A DNA stretch of 29,931 nt from Oligoflexus sp. (GTDB lineage Bacteria; Bdellovibrionota_B; Oligoflexia; Oligoflexales; Oligoflexaceae), in contig JBGSTX010000204.1 of the NCBI GenBank assembly GCA_041736305.1, forward strand, positions 1 to 29,931, given 5' to 3'. The position numbers and the translations under genes were made by a program. Every line of letters starts with the position of its first letter. Positions within the stretch are counted from its first letter, which is position 1. The notes below the pieces were generated by a model that saw nothing but the letters and a program-made list of their open reading frames with translations, made no database searches and was not told the DNA's origin. Positions 9,241 through 18,729 of the stretch are shown in pieces.

Positions 9241-10326
9241 ATGTTGCCATCTTTCAAGACCCAGCTGGTCTCCGGCGTCGGTCTGTTCCTGGCCGGTTCA
9301 GCTACAGCCGCAAGTCTCACCTACATGGGAATGCCCATCCAGGCTATCGACATGCACATGCACCCTGGTCGTTATGAGACCATCGGGCCGCTGGGTAAGG
9401 CTTTCGTTCTCAATTCACTGCCTAAGGCTATTCCTGACGCTGTGAAAGAGCAGATATTGAAAACGTCGAGTGCAGAAACGCTTGATCCCTACGGTAGTAT
9501 GGGCATCAAAAAGGAATGCGAAAAAGCTGGTATGGTTAGCTGTGGACTCTTTGCTGTCTATGCGCCAGCGACTTGGGGAGTCACCTCCAATGAAGACGTT
9601 TTTGGCTATCTCGATGACGCTCGCAATAAGGGTGCCGATGGTAAGCCTTATTTCTTCGGCCTCGCCGGCGTTCGCATGCAGAACTGGGATCTGCGCGAGA
9701 GCTTCGAAATCGACTCTCTGCGCAAAGCTCTCAAGCATCCTGGAATGAAAGGCATCAAGCTCGCCTTTATCCACAACGATATTCCTCTCGATGACGCGCA
9801 GTACGACTCCATCTATGAAGTCGCACGGGAAGCTAAAGTTCCCGTTTATCATCACGTCGGTTCGTCCCCACTCAGAAAGCTGACCGACTTCCCCGAGCTA
9901 GGCGAAGCAGAAGAATATATCAGCAGCTATGACCCAAGCCGCCTTGAGCGGGTTTTGAAAGCCTATCCTGACGTGACCTTTATCATGGGGCATATGGGAT
10001 TCGACTTCAACAATGAGGGCTATAACTTCACGCCCCAGGTTTACGATCTGGCGAGCCGTTACCCGAACGTGGTTCTCGAAATCTCAGCTTTCGGCCGTGC
10101 TACCTATGATCCAGAAGGCAAAGCTATGGACAGCGTGCTCAGCAACATCAAGGCCAAGGGTCTGGTAGGCCGCACGGTCTATGGTTCAGACGGTCCTGGT
10201 GCTCCTGGCGGCACAGAGAGATATGCTCAGGCTACGCTGAAAAGCCTTAGCCGTTCGGGCTACTCCTTCAAGGAAGCAGAAGCTGTGCTCTATGGGAATG
10301 CGCGCAGGGTCTTCAATCTGAAGTGA
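9241..10326 (+). CDS. Amidohydrolase family protein (amidohydro_2-like) with a signal peptide
   Basis: IDMHMH, GIKL, PVYHH, GHMG and YGSDGP motifs, C-terminal GNARRVF; hydrophobic N-terminus ending ATAA. Confidence 0.85.
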   Translation: MLPSFKTQLVSGVGLFLAGSATAASLTYMGMPIQAIDMHMHPGRYETIGPLGKAFVLNSLPKAIPDAVKEQILKTSSAETLDPYGSMGIKKECEKAGMVSCGLFAVYAPATWGVTSNEDVFGYLDDARNKGADGKPYFFGLAGVRMQNWDLRESFEIDSLRKALKHPGMKGIKLAFIHNDIPLDDAQYDSIYEVAREAKVPVYHHVGSSPLRKLTDFPELGEAEEYISSYDPSRLERVLKAYPDVTFIMGHMGFDFNNEGYNFTPQVYDLASRYPNVVLEISAFGRATYDPEGKAMDSVLSNIKAKGLVGRTVYGSDGPGAPGGTERYAQATLKSLSRSGYSFKEAEAVLYGNARRVFNLK

Positions 10327-10418
10327 TCGCCTATCCTTGTGAGCTCCGCGCTTGAGTTTCAGAGGCTGCCTCGTCCATAATAAAGAGGCTGCAATGGACC
10401 AGTGCGGAGTACCTCACA

Positions 10419-10913
10419 GTGATTCTTTATGAAAGCAACGAACTTGCGAAAATGATGTCTTCCAGCGTAGCTCCGGTCTTTTTGATCGCGGGCATCGCTG
10501 GTGTTCTCTCTATTATGTCGCTGCGCTATGGGCGAGTTATCGATCGAATCCGAACGCTGCTGCGAGAGGGGCCCAAACTCTACAAGCGCGAAATCAGCAA
10601 AAGCGACGAGCATCTCAGCAAAGAGCTCCATTCGCTCTACAAGCGAGCCAAGCTGTTACGCATGACGATCATACTCGAGGTGATCTCGATCTTTTGCGTG
10701 ACGATCACTATCCTTACGCTCTTCGCCTCCCTCAGCCTGGGTCTAGACTTCCGCATGGTTCCCATCGTCTTCTTCATGGGCGCCCTCTTTTTCCTCATCG
10801 TAGGGCTGATACTGTTTATTCAGGACTTCGCCCTATCGCTCGCTTGCATCAAACACGATATGAAGGTGCGCGCCGATCTCGAGGTTTCGGCGTCTGGCCA
10901 AGAGAGCTTTTAA
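10419..10913 (+). CDS. DUF2721-like membrane protein
   Basis: APVFLIAGIAGVL..R..RVIDRIR signature; three TM helices. Confidence 0.75.
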   Translation: MILYESNELAKMMSSSVAPVFLIAGIAGVLSIMSLRYGRVIDRIRTLLREGPKLYKREISKSDEHLSKELHSLYKRAKLLRMTIILEVISIFCVTITILTLFASLSLGLDFRMVPIVFFMGALFFLIVGLILFIQDFALSLACIKHDMKVRADLEVSASGQESF

Positions 10914-10918
10914 GTCCC

Positions 10919-10954
10919 AAAAAAAGTTAGGCCCCTCGCGGAAGCGAGGAGCCT
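10919..10954 (-). terminator. Intrinsic terminator of groEL
   Basis: Minus strand AGGCTCCTCGC-TTCC-GCGAGGGGCCT, then AAC and T7. Confidence 0.75.
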
Positions 10955-10979
10955 GTTCGAGTCGAGACTCGAATCGTGC

Positions 10980-12611
10980 TTACATGTAGCTTTCGTCGTC
11001 GTGAGAATGACCTGCACCGCCGCCTTTGGATTTTTTCTCAGGCTTGTCGGTGATGAGGGCTTCGGTCGTCAAGAGTAGGGCAGCGACCGAGGCAGCGTTG
11101 GCAAGCGCCGTCTTGGTAACCTTGGCTGGATCGATGACGCCAGCCTTAAGAAGGTCTTCGTACTGCTCGGTATAGGCGTTGAAGCCGTAGCCGTCTTTGC
11201 CATTCCGAATTTTTTCGACGATAGGAGCGGGTTCGAGACCAGCGTTAAGCAGGATTTGCCGTAGTGGCTCTTCAACTGCGCGACGGATGATGTTCACGCC
11301 GTGCTGCTGATCGGTGCTCAATTTCAAGCCTTTGAGGGCTTCTTGGCAACGCAGGAGAGCGACTCCACCGCCGGCAACTACGCCCTCGGCGACAGCTGCG
11401 CGGGTCGAATGCAGAGCATCTTCAACGCGAGCCTTCTTCTCTTTCATCTCAGCTTCAGTCGCAGCGCCAACCGAAATCACCGCAACTCCGCCGACTAATT
11501 TAGCCAGACGTTCTTGCAATTTTTCTTTGTCATAATCGCTAGTCGACTCTTCGACGTGACGACGGATGAGCTTGACGCGGGCGTCGATGCTGGCCTTATC
11601 ACCGTTACCGCTGACGATAGTGGTGTTGTCTTTGTCGATGGTCACGCGCTTGGCGAAGCCCAGAGACTCGACGGAAGCATTTTCGAGCTTGAGGCCGAGG
11701 TCTTCAGCGATCAGTTCGCCACCGGTGAGGATAGCGATGTCTTCGAGCATGGCTTTGCGACGATCACCGAAAGCCGGAGCTTTGACGGCAGCAATGCGGA
11801 GGACGCCGCGCAGCTTGTTGACGACGAGCGCAGCGAGAGCCTCGCCTTCGATGTCTTCGGCGATGATCAGAAGTGGCTTCTGGAGGCGAGCTACCTTCTC
11901 CAGTACGGGCAGCAGCTCTTTCATGTTCGAGATTTTCTTCTCGCAGACGAGAATGAAAACGTCTTCCAACTCGACAGTCATACGCTCTGAATTGGTGACG
12001 AAATAAGGCGAGATATATCCACGATCGAACTGCATTCCCTCGACGACGTCGAGCACGGTTTCCATGCCCTTGGCTTCGTCGACGGTGATAACGCCGTCAC
12101 GACCGACTTTTTCCATCGCATCGGCGAGGATTTCACCGATTTCTCTATCGTTGTTGGCAGAAATGCTGCCGACGTGAGCGATCCCTTCGCGCGTGTCGCA
12201 GGGCTTAGCCATGCCTTCGATATACTTGAGGATGGCTGCAACCGCGATATCAACACCGCGCTTCAGTTCCATCGGGCTGTGACCGGCTGCTACCAGCTTA
12301 TTGCCTTCGCGGAAAATGGCCTGAGCCAGTACCGTAGCCGTCGTGGTTCCATCACCAGCTGTATCGGCTGTGCGTGACGCCACTTCTTTGACGAGCTGGA
12401 CGCCCATGTTTTCGAAGCGGTTGTCCAGTTCGATTTCTTTCGCTACCGTCACACCATCTTTGGTGATGAGGGGAGAGCCGAAAGATCGGCTAATCAAAAC
12501 ATTGCGGCCCTTTGGCCCCAACGTTACTTTCACTGCGTTAGCGAGAGTGTCGACGCCCCTGAGGATAGCATCGCGCGACTCGCTGCCGAAGTTGATCATT
12601 TTAACGCTCAT
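10980..12611 (-). CDS. groL: Chaperonin GroEL
   Basis: [24 protein letters not shown] and ERLAKL motifs; 543 aa. Confidence 0.99.
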   Translation of the reverse strand: MSVKMINFGSESRDAILRGVDTLANAVKVTLGPKGRNVLISRSFGSPLITKDGVTVAKEIELDNRFENMGVQLVKEVASRTADTAGDGTTTATVLAQAIFREGNKLVAAGHSPMELKRGVDIAVAAILKYIEGMAKPCDTREGIAHVGSISANNDREIGEILADAMEKVGRDGVITVDEAKGMETVLDVVEGMQFDRGYISPYFVTNSERMTVELEDVFILVCEKKISNMKELLPVLEKVARLQKPLLIIAEDIEGEALAALVVNKLRGVLRIAAVKAPAFGDRRKAMLEDIAILTGGELIAEDLGLKLENASVESLGFAKRVTIDKDNTTIVSGNGDKASIDARVKLIRRHVEESTSDYDKEKLQERLAKLVGGVAVISVGAATEAEMKEKKARVEDALHSTRAAVAEGVVAGGGVALLRCQEALKGLKLSTDQQHGVNIIRRAVEEPLRQILLNAGLEPAPIVEKIRNGKDGYGFNAYTEQYEDLLKAGVIDPAKVTKTALANAASVAALLLTTEALITDKPEKKSKGGGAGHSHDDESYM

Positions 12612-12643
12612 TCAAAATTCTCCTTGGTTGATGACAAGTTCGA

Positions 12644-12931
12644 TCAGTCAAGAACCGCGAGCACGTCATCTTCCCGCATGATGAGGTGGTCGTCGCCACT
12701 GATCTTGATTTCGTTGCCGGCGTACTTCGAGTAAAGAACGCGGTCGCCAGCCTTCAGTTCAGGCTTAACAACTTTGCCGTCCTTGAGGACCCGACCATTG
12801 CCGACAGCGATAACCTGACCTTCAACCGGCTTTTCCTGCGCGTTATCCGGGATAATGATCCCGCCTGCAGTCTTGGTTTCACCGATCAGTGGCTTTATTA
12901 CGACTCGATCCTGTAAAGGTCTCACCTTCAT
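12644..12931 (-). CDS. groS: Co-chaperonin GroES
   Basis: RPLQDRV, mobile loop TAGGIIIP, AVGNG and KYAG motifs; upstream of groL. Confidence 0.99.
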   Translation of the reverse strand: MKVRPLQDRVVIKPLIGETKTAGGIIIPDNAQEKPVEGQVIAVGNGRVLKDGKVVKPELKAGDRVLYSKYAGNEIKISGDDHLIMREDDVLAVLD

Positions 12932-12984
12932 AGTTTTTTCTCCTCGTTAATAGACAGGCTTAGAATTTCAAAAATTCAGAGCTT

Positions 12985-13012
12985 AAAGTAAAGCTCCTCC
13001 TGGATCTGTCAA
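12985..13012 (-). promoter_or_regulatory. Sigma70-type promoter of groESL
   Basis: Minus strand TTGACA-N16-TACTTT. Confidence 0.55.
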
Positions 13013-13168
13013 CCGACCCTTGCAAATATTTGAAGCACGAGCTGGCGTGGAGAGCCTTCAAGGTGTCATTTTGCCGAGATGAGGAACCGAGACTTTTAGT
13101 CGCTTTAAATGGAGGAGCTTCTGTTATACTGCCCAACGGCGATGCTAAGTGCGAAAAGGACAGCTAGT

Positions 13169-13654
13169 ATGGGCTTGGTTCCCTCGTATCACGTTTCAAA
13201 TTTTTCCAATATGTTGGTGGTCGGTTGGCGCGAATGGGTGGCTTTACCAGCTCTCGGCGTCGACCGAATTAAGGCTAAGATCGACACGGGGGCGCGTACA
13301 TCGACCTTGCACGCCTTCGATATCGAAATTGTGAAGGTCCGCGGCAAAGAAGTGGTACGATTCAAAGTCCACCCTTTGCAGCGCCAAAGTAAGCGGGTGA
13401 TTGTCTGTCAAGCTGATCTAGTTGATGAACGTTTGGTGCGGAGCTCTTCAGGTCATTCTACTCTTCGACCCGTTATCATGACAAAGATTCAGGTGGGGCC
13501 TTGGTCCTGGGACATCGAAATCACGCTGACCAACCGCGATAAAATGGGATTTCGTATGCTGATAGGACGCCAAGCCATACGCAAACATTTGCTGGTTCAC
13601 CCCGGAAAGTCTTTTATCCTTGGGGCGCGTAAACGGAAAATCGAGGTTATTTGA
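13169..13654 (+). CDS. rimB: RimK-associated retropepsin-like protease (RimB / 'ATP-dependent Zn protease' family)
   Basis: [17 protein letters not shown] and MLIGR motifs; TGATG overlap with rimK. Start uncertain (13109, 13169 or 13211). Confidence 0.88.
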   Translation: MGLVPSYHVSNFSNMLVVGWREWVALPALGVDRIKAKIDTGARTSTLHAFDIEIVKVRGKEVVRFKVHPLQRQSKRVIVCQADLVDERLVRSSSGHSTLRPVIMTKIQVGPWSWDIEITLTNRDKMGFRMLIGRQAIRKHLLVHPGKSFILGARKRKIEVI

Positions 13655-14571
13655 TGAAGCTTACTATCCTTTCCCGCAAGAAGGATCTGTACTCGACCCG
13701 GCGTCTCGTAGAGGCTGCCGAGCAGCGCGGTCATCAGATTCGCGTGATCGATTACCTTCGCTGCTACATGAATATTACTTCGACCGATCCGAAGATTTTC
13801 TATGGGCATCAGGAAATCACCGGTGTCGATGCAGTGATTCCTCGCATTGGAGCTTCCTATACCTTCTACGGAACGGCTGTCGTACGGCAGTTCGAATTGA
13901 TGAATATTTTCGTCATCAACACTTCGCAGGCAATCGCCCGCTCGCGCGACAAGCTGCGCTGTCTGCAGAAGCTCGCTAAAGCCGGCATCAATCTGCCGGT
14001 GACCGGCTGTGCTCACAGCACCAAAGACGTCGATGGTCTCATTGAAGTCGCTGGTGGAGCACCCCTGGTGGTCTAGCTCCTCGAGGGCACCCTGGGGATC
14101 GGTGTCGTGCTGGCTGAAACTAAAAAAGCGGCTGAGTCGGTCATCGAAGCTTTTCGGGGTCTCGACGCCAATATCATCGTGCAGGAATTTATTCGCGAAG
14201 CTGCCGGCAGCGATATTCGCTGCTTCGTCGTTGGTGATCGGGTCGTCGCGTCGATGATGCGGAAGGCTGCCGAAGGCGAATTCCGTTCGAATCTTCACCG
14301 CGGCGGCAGCGGCCATCTGGTCGACATTACGGAAGCTGAGCGGGTCATGGCAGTAAAAGCGGCACAAGTCATGGGACTGGAAGTGGCTGGAGTCGATATT
14401 CTGCGTTCCTCGCGAGGCCCTGTGATTATGGAAGTGAATTCGTCGCCGGGACTCGAGGGTATTGAAAAGACCAGCAAGCTTAATGTAGCAGGTATGATTA
14501 TCGAGCACATTGAGAAGCGTTTGCTAGAGATAGCCGAACGACCGCGCCCGGACGAGGAAGTTTGTCAGTAG
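13654..14571 (+). pseudogene. rimK: RimK alpha-L-glutamate ligase interrupted by an in-frame TAG at 14074-14076 (pseudogene or sequence error)
   Basis: ORFs 13651-14076 and 14107-14571 share a frame and together form a complete Rim[49 protein letters not shown]. Confidence 0.92.
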
Positions 14572-14597
14572 TTGCTAAGAGACGGGGAGGTCGGCCT

Positions 14598-15635
14598 TTG
14601 CCAGATAACGTATGCTCCTTTCGAGATTTTCTTAAACAGAGTCTGAAGGATACTGAAGTCTTCCGCGGCGTTGAACGAAAGGTCGATCTCTTGCTCGAGA
14701 TCGTGCTGCTTCTCACCAATTATCAGGAAGAGGGGATCAGCCTCTTTCCCGTCATTTTCGTGAGCGATTCGCTCGAACGGATCATGAAAGATCTGCATGG
14801 GCTGGAAGCGATCCATATCGGTGAGGGCCCTAATCAACGCGAGACTTTTATCCGGGCTTTCAAAGCCTGCGCTCCGTTGGGAGAGGATCGCTTGTGGGCT
14901 GTCGCGATCATCGTGAAGGGTGATCGTATAAGCTATGGCATTTTCCGTTCTGATGCCTCGCCTCTAGCTCCTTCCGTATTCGAGCGTCTCAGAGGCATGA
15001 TGGTACCCGAAGGCGGAATAGTCGGACTCACCCGTCTCGGCAATAATTTTGTTGAAATTCGCAGCAGCAATGGCAAGTTTCAGTATATCAACGTCTCAGG
15101 TCTAGCTGGCGATGAGCACCATCCGGTCCAGGTCATCCGGGCTTTTGTTGAGACGGTCTCTAGCGATAGCAAGCCCGAACTCAAAAACTTGGTCCAGTCC
15201 TTCTACTATCGTCTCGGCATGGATATACTGCACGGAACGCACGGAACCTTGATCGCCATTCAGAAGACCGGGCTCGCCATCCCCGAGTTTCTCGAAGATG
15301 GCATCCACCTGCGGCCTTCGCTGAAGATCGCTGAAGCCATAGAATCTATCGCAGCCACACCCCATAATCGCGAGTCCTATTTGCGGCTCTTGTCCTATGG
15401 CCAGCTCCTCCGCAAGCTAACTTGGTTGGACGGTATCACTCTCCTCGATACCGAAGGCAGCCTCTTAGCTTATCGCTGTTTCATCCGCGGAGCTGCTCCC
15501 GATCCTCTCACGCTCCATTTTGGAGGCGCCCGCAGCCGGGCCTATGACGTCATGCAACGCTATGTTCCCTCTCGCCTCTCGGGGGCGTTCTCTAAGTCTC
15601 AAGACGGTCAGATGAATTTTCGTGCTTCGAAATAA
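14598..15635 (+). CDS. Uncharacterised protein with a C-terminal divergent DisA_N/diadenylate-cyclase-like fold
   Basis: Ordered motifs HGTLIAI, LDGITLL, GGARSRA and SQDG mirror DAC motifs GALIV, DGA, GTRHRA and SE(E/D)G. Likely start TTG 14598 behind GGGGAGG; alternative 14562. Confidence 0.6.
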   Translation: MPDNVCSFRDFLKQSLKDTEVFRGVERKVDLLLEIVLLLTNYQEEGISLFPVIFVSDSLERIMKDLHGLEAIHIGEGPNQRETFIRAFKACAPLGEDRLWAVAIIVKGDRISYGIFRSDASPLAPSVFERLRGMMVPEGGIVGLTRLGNNFVEIRSSNGKFQYINVSGLAGDEHHPVQVIRAFVETVSSDSKPELKNLVQSFYYRLGMDILHGTHGTLIAIQKTGLAIPEFLEDGIHLRPSLKIAEAIESIAATPHNRESYLRLLSYGQLLRKLTWLDGITLLDTEGSLLAYRCFIRGAAPDPLTLHFGGARSRAYDVMQRYVPSRLSGAFSKSQDGQMNFRASK

Positions 15636-15643
15636 TATGCTGT

Positions 15644-15671
15644 GAAGGAAGGGGCTTTTGGCCCCTTCTTC
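15644..15671. terminator. Hairpin terminator between convergent genes
   Basis: GAAGGGGC-TTTTG-GCCCCTTC. Confidence 0.7.
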
Positions 15672-15679
15672 GTCAGTCG

Positions 15680-16240
15680 TTAAGCAAGAGCCCGGTTTAG
15701 TTCGTCGGAAGTAGCCTTCTCGGCTCCCGTATCGCTGAGCAGGGATTCAAAAAGTCTGCCTTTACCTTCTCCAATCGTCAGGCGCTTCGGCTGAATCGGC
15801 TCCGCTTTGGGGACGAGAATGTAGAGGACGCCATTCTCATAGTTAGCTTCTATCTCTTCCCCTTTAACGTTTTCAGGTAGTGTAAAAGCTCGCTTGAATT
15901 CACCGTGCCGGCGTTCTTGCCAACGAGCTCGCTGATCGCCCGCTGTGGCCTCGGGATTGCGCGTTCCACCCACTGTCAAAGTTTTCTGCTTCAGTTCTAT
16001 ATTTATATCTTCTTTCTTAAATCCTGGTAGATCAAAGCTCAGAAGAAAGGCCTTGTCGCTCTCTTGAATATCGCAGGCCGCCAAGTGGCCGAGTTGCGAT
16101 TCTTGCGTTCGACGCCCTTGTGTTCCTCGGCTATCAAATGCCTGAAAAAACGTATCAAAGTCGCGTGTGACTGCATCCCAGGTCGATAGCAATGAACGAG
16201 GATAAGAGTCTTGAGGACGGCGCAGCTCGAAACTTAGCAT
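15680..16240 (-). CDS. Hsp20/alpha-crystallin small heat-shock protein
   Basis: DLPGFKKEDI, ERRHGEFKRAFTLP and ANYENGVLYILVPK motifs; start ATG 16240 behind AAGGAG. Confidence 0.95.
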   Translation of the reverse strand: MLSFELRRPQDSYPRSLLSTWDAVTRDFDTFFQAFDSRGTQGRRTQESQLGHLAACDIQESDKAFLLSFDLPGFKKEDINIELKQKTLTVGGTRNPEATAGDQRARWQERRHGEFKRAFTLPENVKGEEIEANYENGVLYILVPKAEPIQPKRLTIGEGKGRLFESLLSDTGAEKATSDELNRALA

Positions 16241-16304
16241 AGTGAAATCTCCTTGGTTTTGATTCACTTGGGAGATTCGTTTTTCTCTCCCCTTTCCTGA
16301 ATCA

Positions 16305-16332
16305 AACTTAATTCGCCTTTTCTCGGCGTCAA
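16305..16332 (-). promoter_or_regulatory. Candidate sigma70-type promoter of hsp20
   Basis: Minus strand TTGACG-N16-TAAGTT. Confidence 0.4.
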
Positions 16333-16395
16333 GGAGCGAAGGCCGCAATTTTTTTGATTGCGGATTTTTATCCAAAGATTAGGGGCTGATATGTC

Positions 16396-16869
16396 TTATT
16401 CGCTGGCGTCGAGACGGAGGTCCTGAAACTTGCGGCGCTGATCGGGAGAAAGAATTTCACGAATCTTCAAACTTTTTTCGAAGGTCAGATTCTGCAGCTC
16501 GAGGTAATTCTTCTGGAGCGATTCAAATTTTTTTCTGATGTCGTCTATCTGAGAATTTCCTGTCATAGCCAAATTCAACTCTTGGCGAGCGGCTCTTAAG
16601 TTTTCTTTAAGCTGACGCTCTTTCTCACCCTTCCAGTTCTTGTGCATTTCAATTATTGCGGCGTTTTGATTATCAGTCAGGTTGAGAGAGTTTAGTCGCT
16701 GCATGAGATTGGTTTTGGCGTTCGGGTTGTTACTAGGGGCCTCGCTGACTCCGTTGCCAGGCTCCTCGAGGCTTTTAGGGCTCATGGGCACGGCTTGAGC
16801 CATGAGGTTAGGGAAGAAGAGCATGGAGGCGAAGGAGGCAGCCGAAAAGTAGCGATTGAAGTGGCGCAC
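16396..16869 (-). CDS. Spy/CpxP-family periplasmic chaperone-like protein
   Basis: Signal peptide; two LTxxQ-type motifs (LNLTDNQ, ILSPDQR); predicted helical. Confidence 0.8.
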   Translation of the reverse strand: MRHFNRYFSAASFASMLFFPNLMAQAVPMSPKSLEEPGNGVSEAPSNNPNAKTNLMQRLNSLNLTDNQNAAIIEMHKNWKGEKERQLKENLRAARQELNLAMTGNSQIDDIRKKFESLQKNYLELQNLTFEKSLKIREILSPDQRRKFQDLRLDASE

Positions 16870-16917
16870 GAGAAACGACCTTTCACTAGCTTAAGCATCG
16901 ATGCCGATGCGAATTTT

Positions 16918-17529
16918 TTAATCGATCAGAACCAGATCACCACGTTCGAGGATGAAGTTGTCGAGCAAAGCTTCTCCCTCGCGAACTTTACTATACGTAG
17001 TCTCAAAGCGCTTTTTACTACCGTCAGCCGTTTCGCGGACGATGACGACGCGCGAAACCGTGTCGGCCGCAACTCCGCCAGCCAAAGCTAGTCCTTGGAG
17101 AAGGGTAGTCTTTGTCTCCAAGCGATAGGTACCCGGACGCTGCACGCGGCCTGAAAAGTAAACGACGTAACTGTTTAGCTGCGAAACGCTGACCGCGACG
17201 CGTGGGGAAGATACTTGAGGTCGCATCTTGAGGACGATCGATTCCCGCAGCTGGCTTTCGGTAAGACCTTTGGCCCGCACGACTCCAGCGACAGGCAGCG
17301 ATATGTTCCCAGAAGGCGAAACACGGTAGACTCCATTGAGATCGCTTTTGTTTTGTACAGTAATGGCAACCACATCATTAGCGTCGATGAGGTATTCGCC
17401 CCACTCAGTAAAAGTCTTGCTCTTAGGCGCAGCGCTCAAATCAGGAGCCACGCTCTGGGGCGCTTTGGTTTTGCAAGCTGCTGCCCCTAGAAGAAGCATA
17501 CTGCCTATGATAAGAGGCAAGGTCCGCAT
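16918..17529 (-). CDS. Polysaccharide export lipoprotein (Wza/Poly_export plus SLBB domain)
   Basis: Lipobox LGAAAC; GNISLPVAGVVRAKGLT, GRVQRPG, ALAGG and LERGD motifs. Confidence 0.88.
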   Translation of the reverse strand: MRTLPLIIGSMLLLGAAACKTKAPQSVAPDLSAAPKSKTFTEWGEYLIDANDVVAITVQNKSDLNGVYRVSPSGNISLPVAGVVRAKGLTESQLRESIVLKMRPQVSSPRVAVSVSQLNSYVVYFSGRVQRPGTYRLETKTTLLQGLALAGGVAADTVSRVVIVRETADGSKKRFETTYSKVREGEALLDNFILERGDLVLID

Positions 17530-17563
17530 GGCCTACTCCCTGTTCTCGGTAAACTCTAGGTAG

Positions 17564-17590
17564 GCATCGGAAGTCTTTGGGAAAACCTAA
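17564..17590 (-). promoter_or_regulatory. Candidate sigma28 (FliA)-type promoter upstream of the wza-like gene
   Basis: Minus strand TTAGGTTT-N11-TCCGATGC versus consensus TAAAGTTT-N11-GCCGATAA. Confidence 0.4.
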
Positions 17591-17684
17591 GGTGGTGTCG
17601 CGGCAGCTCGCGTTTGAGATATTTTATATCATTGGAATTACTGATTAATTTACTGATTTAAAATAAGGCCCCAAGAAGTCTTTT

Positions 17685-18674
17685 TTATTTTTTTTGCTGA
17701 GTAGTTTGCTCTTCCGTACAGCGAGCCTCTACCAAGCCCCAGTCTTTCTTGGACCAGCGCTGCTTTTCGCTACTGTAGTAGAAAGAAAGGCCGTCTAGCG
17801 CATAGGTGATCGCTTCTTGCTGGTCGAGAGTCTGCAATTTAATGAAGCGTTGATAGGGGTACCAGTCGCGAGCTTCTTTCTGAAATCCTTCGAGTGGGCT
17901 TTGTGAGAGTTCAACTGCCCCCTGCCAGTTGATGAGGAGGAGACGTTCGCCTGAAGGATGGTGGGCGGCACCGGTGATCTTGCCGAAAGGGAGGCGACCC
18001 AGCGGTTGCGCTATAAGGGCCCCCTCGCCAAAGGGCTGGCGGAGTTCAAAAACCTGGCTTTTGCCCTTCTGCTTGGTGAAGAGATGAATGTTGCCACTGC
18101 GAGGGTGCACCGCCAAGGCTTCGACGTCGAAGCGCTCGTTGCCCTCGTACTTAAAGTGCAGAGTCTGGCGCCGCGGAATCCCATCGAAGAGTCGAGCCTC
18201 TTCGATAATGTGTATCTGGTGGTCCGAGCGAAGGCGGAGGTTATCGCCCGTGTCGGCGATATATAGGCACGAACCCGACCAGGGACAGGGTCCGCTCGCG
18301 ATATCTTCGACGTCGCTGTTTCGGTCTCCAAAACGGATTTTGCCCTGCAGCTGCCCTCGCGCATTAGTGATGAGGAGATCAGGGTTATTGCCAGAGTCGG
18401 TGATGTGATAGAGCGTATCCGCCCAATGCCGCGACCAGGCCAGGCCGCTCATCTCTTCGAGCAGGGGCGAGAGGTTCACACCCTCGTTCAGTCGAAAGTC
18501 CCATTTGCTGCAGAGAGCTGGGCTAATAGGGCTGGGGGCTAGCAGGGCCGGAGGAGGGGGAAGCTGAGGCTTCACCTGAGCCTGCTGCGAGATCGAAGGA
18601 GAAGGCGCCCAGAGCGCCAGGAGCCAGCTGAGACTGAGGAGTCCGCCGCCGTAGAAGATTAGATCTCGCCGCAT
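17685..18674 (-). CDS. Exported or membrane-anchored beta-propeller-like hypothetical protein (SdiA-regulated-like)
   Basis: N-terminal TM segment and Pro-rich linker; repeated blade motifs EMSGL, DSGN, DVEDIA, IADTGDN, DVEALA, QEAI. Confidence 0.65.
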   Translation of the reverse strand: MRRDLIFYGGGLLSLSWLLALWAPSPSISQQAQVKPQLPPPPALLAPSPISPALCSKWDFRLNEGVNLSPLLEEMSGLAWSRHWADTLYHITDSGNNPDLLITNARGQLQGKIRFGDRNSDVEDIASGPCPWSGSCLYIADTGDNLRLRSDHQIHIIEEARLFDGIPRRQTLHFKYEGNERFDVEALAVHPRSGNIHLFTKQKGKSQVFELRQPFGEGALIAQPLGRLPFGKITGAAHHPSGERLLLINWQGAVELSQSPLEGFQKEARDWYPYQRFIKLQTLDQQEAITYALDGLSFYYSSEKQRWSKKDWGLVEARCTEEQTTQQKK

Positions 18675-18729
18675 CGTGCCGTTTCCCTTCCGTGAGATGA
18701 ACTATTATAGCACGGCTGCGGACGGAGTC

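Noticed and set aside
14074..14076. TAG recoding (pyrrolysine or an alternative genetic code) in rimK
   Set aside because: TAG serves as a normal stop for coxC, rimK itself and the DUF2786 gene; no pyl genes or suppressor tRNA are in the window; the neighbouring Q-to-L change points to error or mutation.
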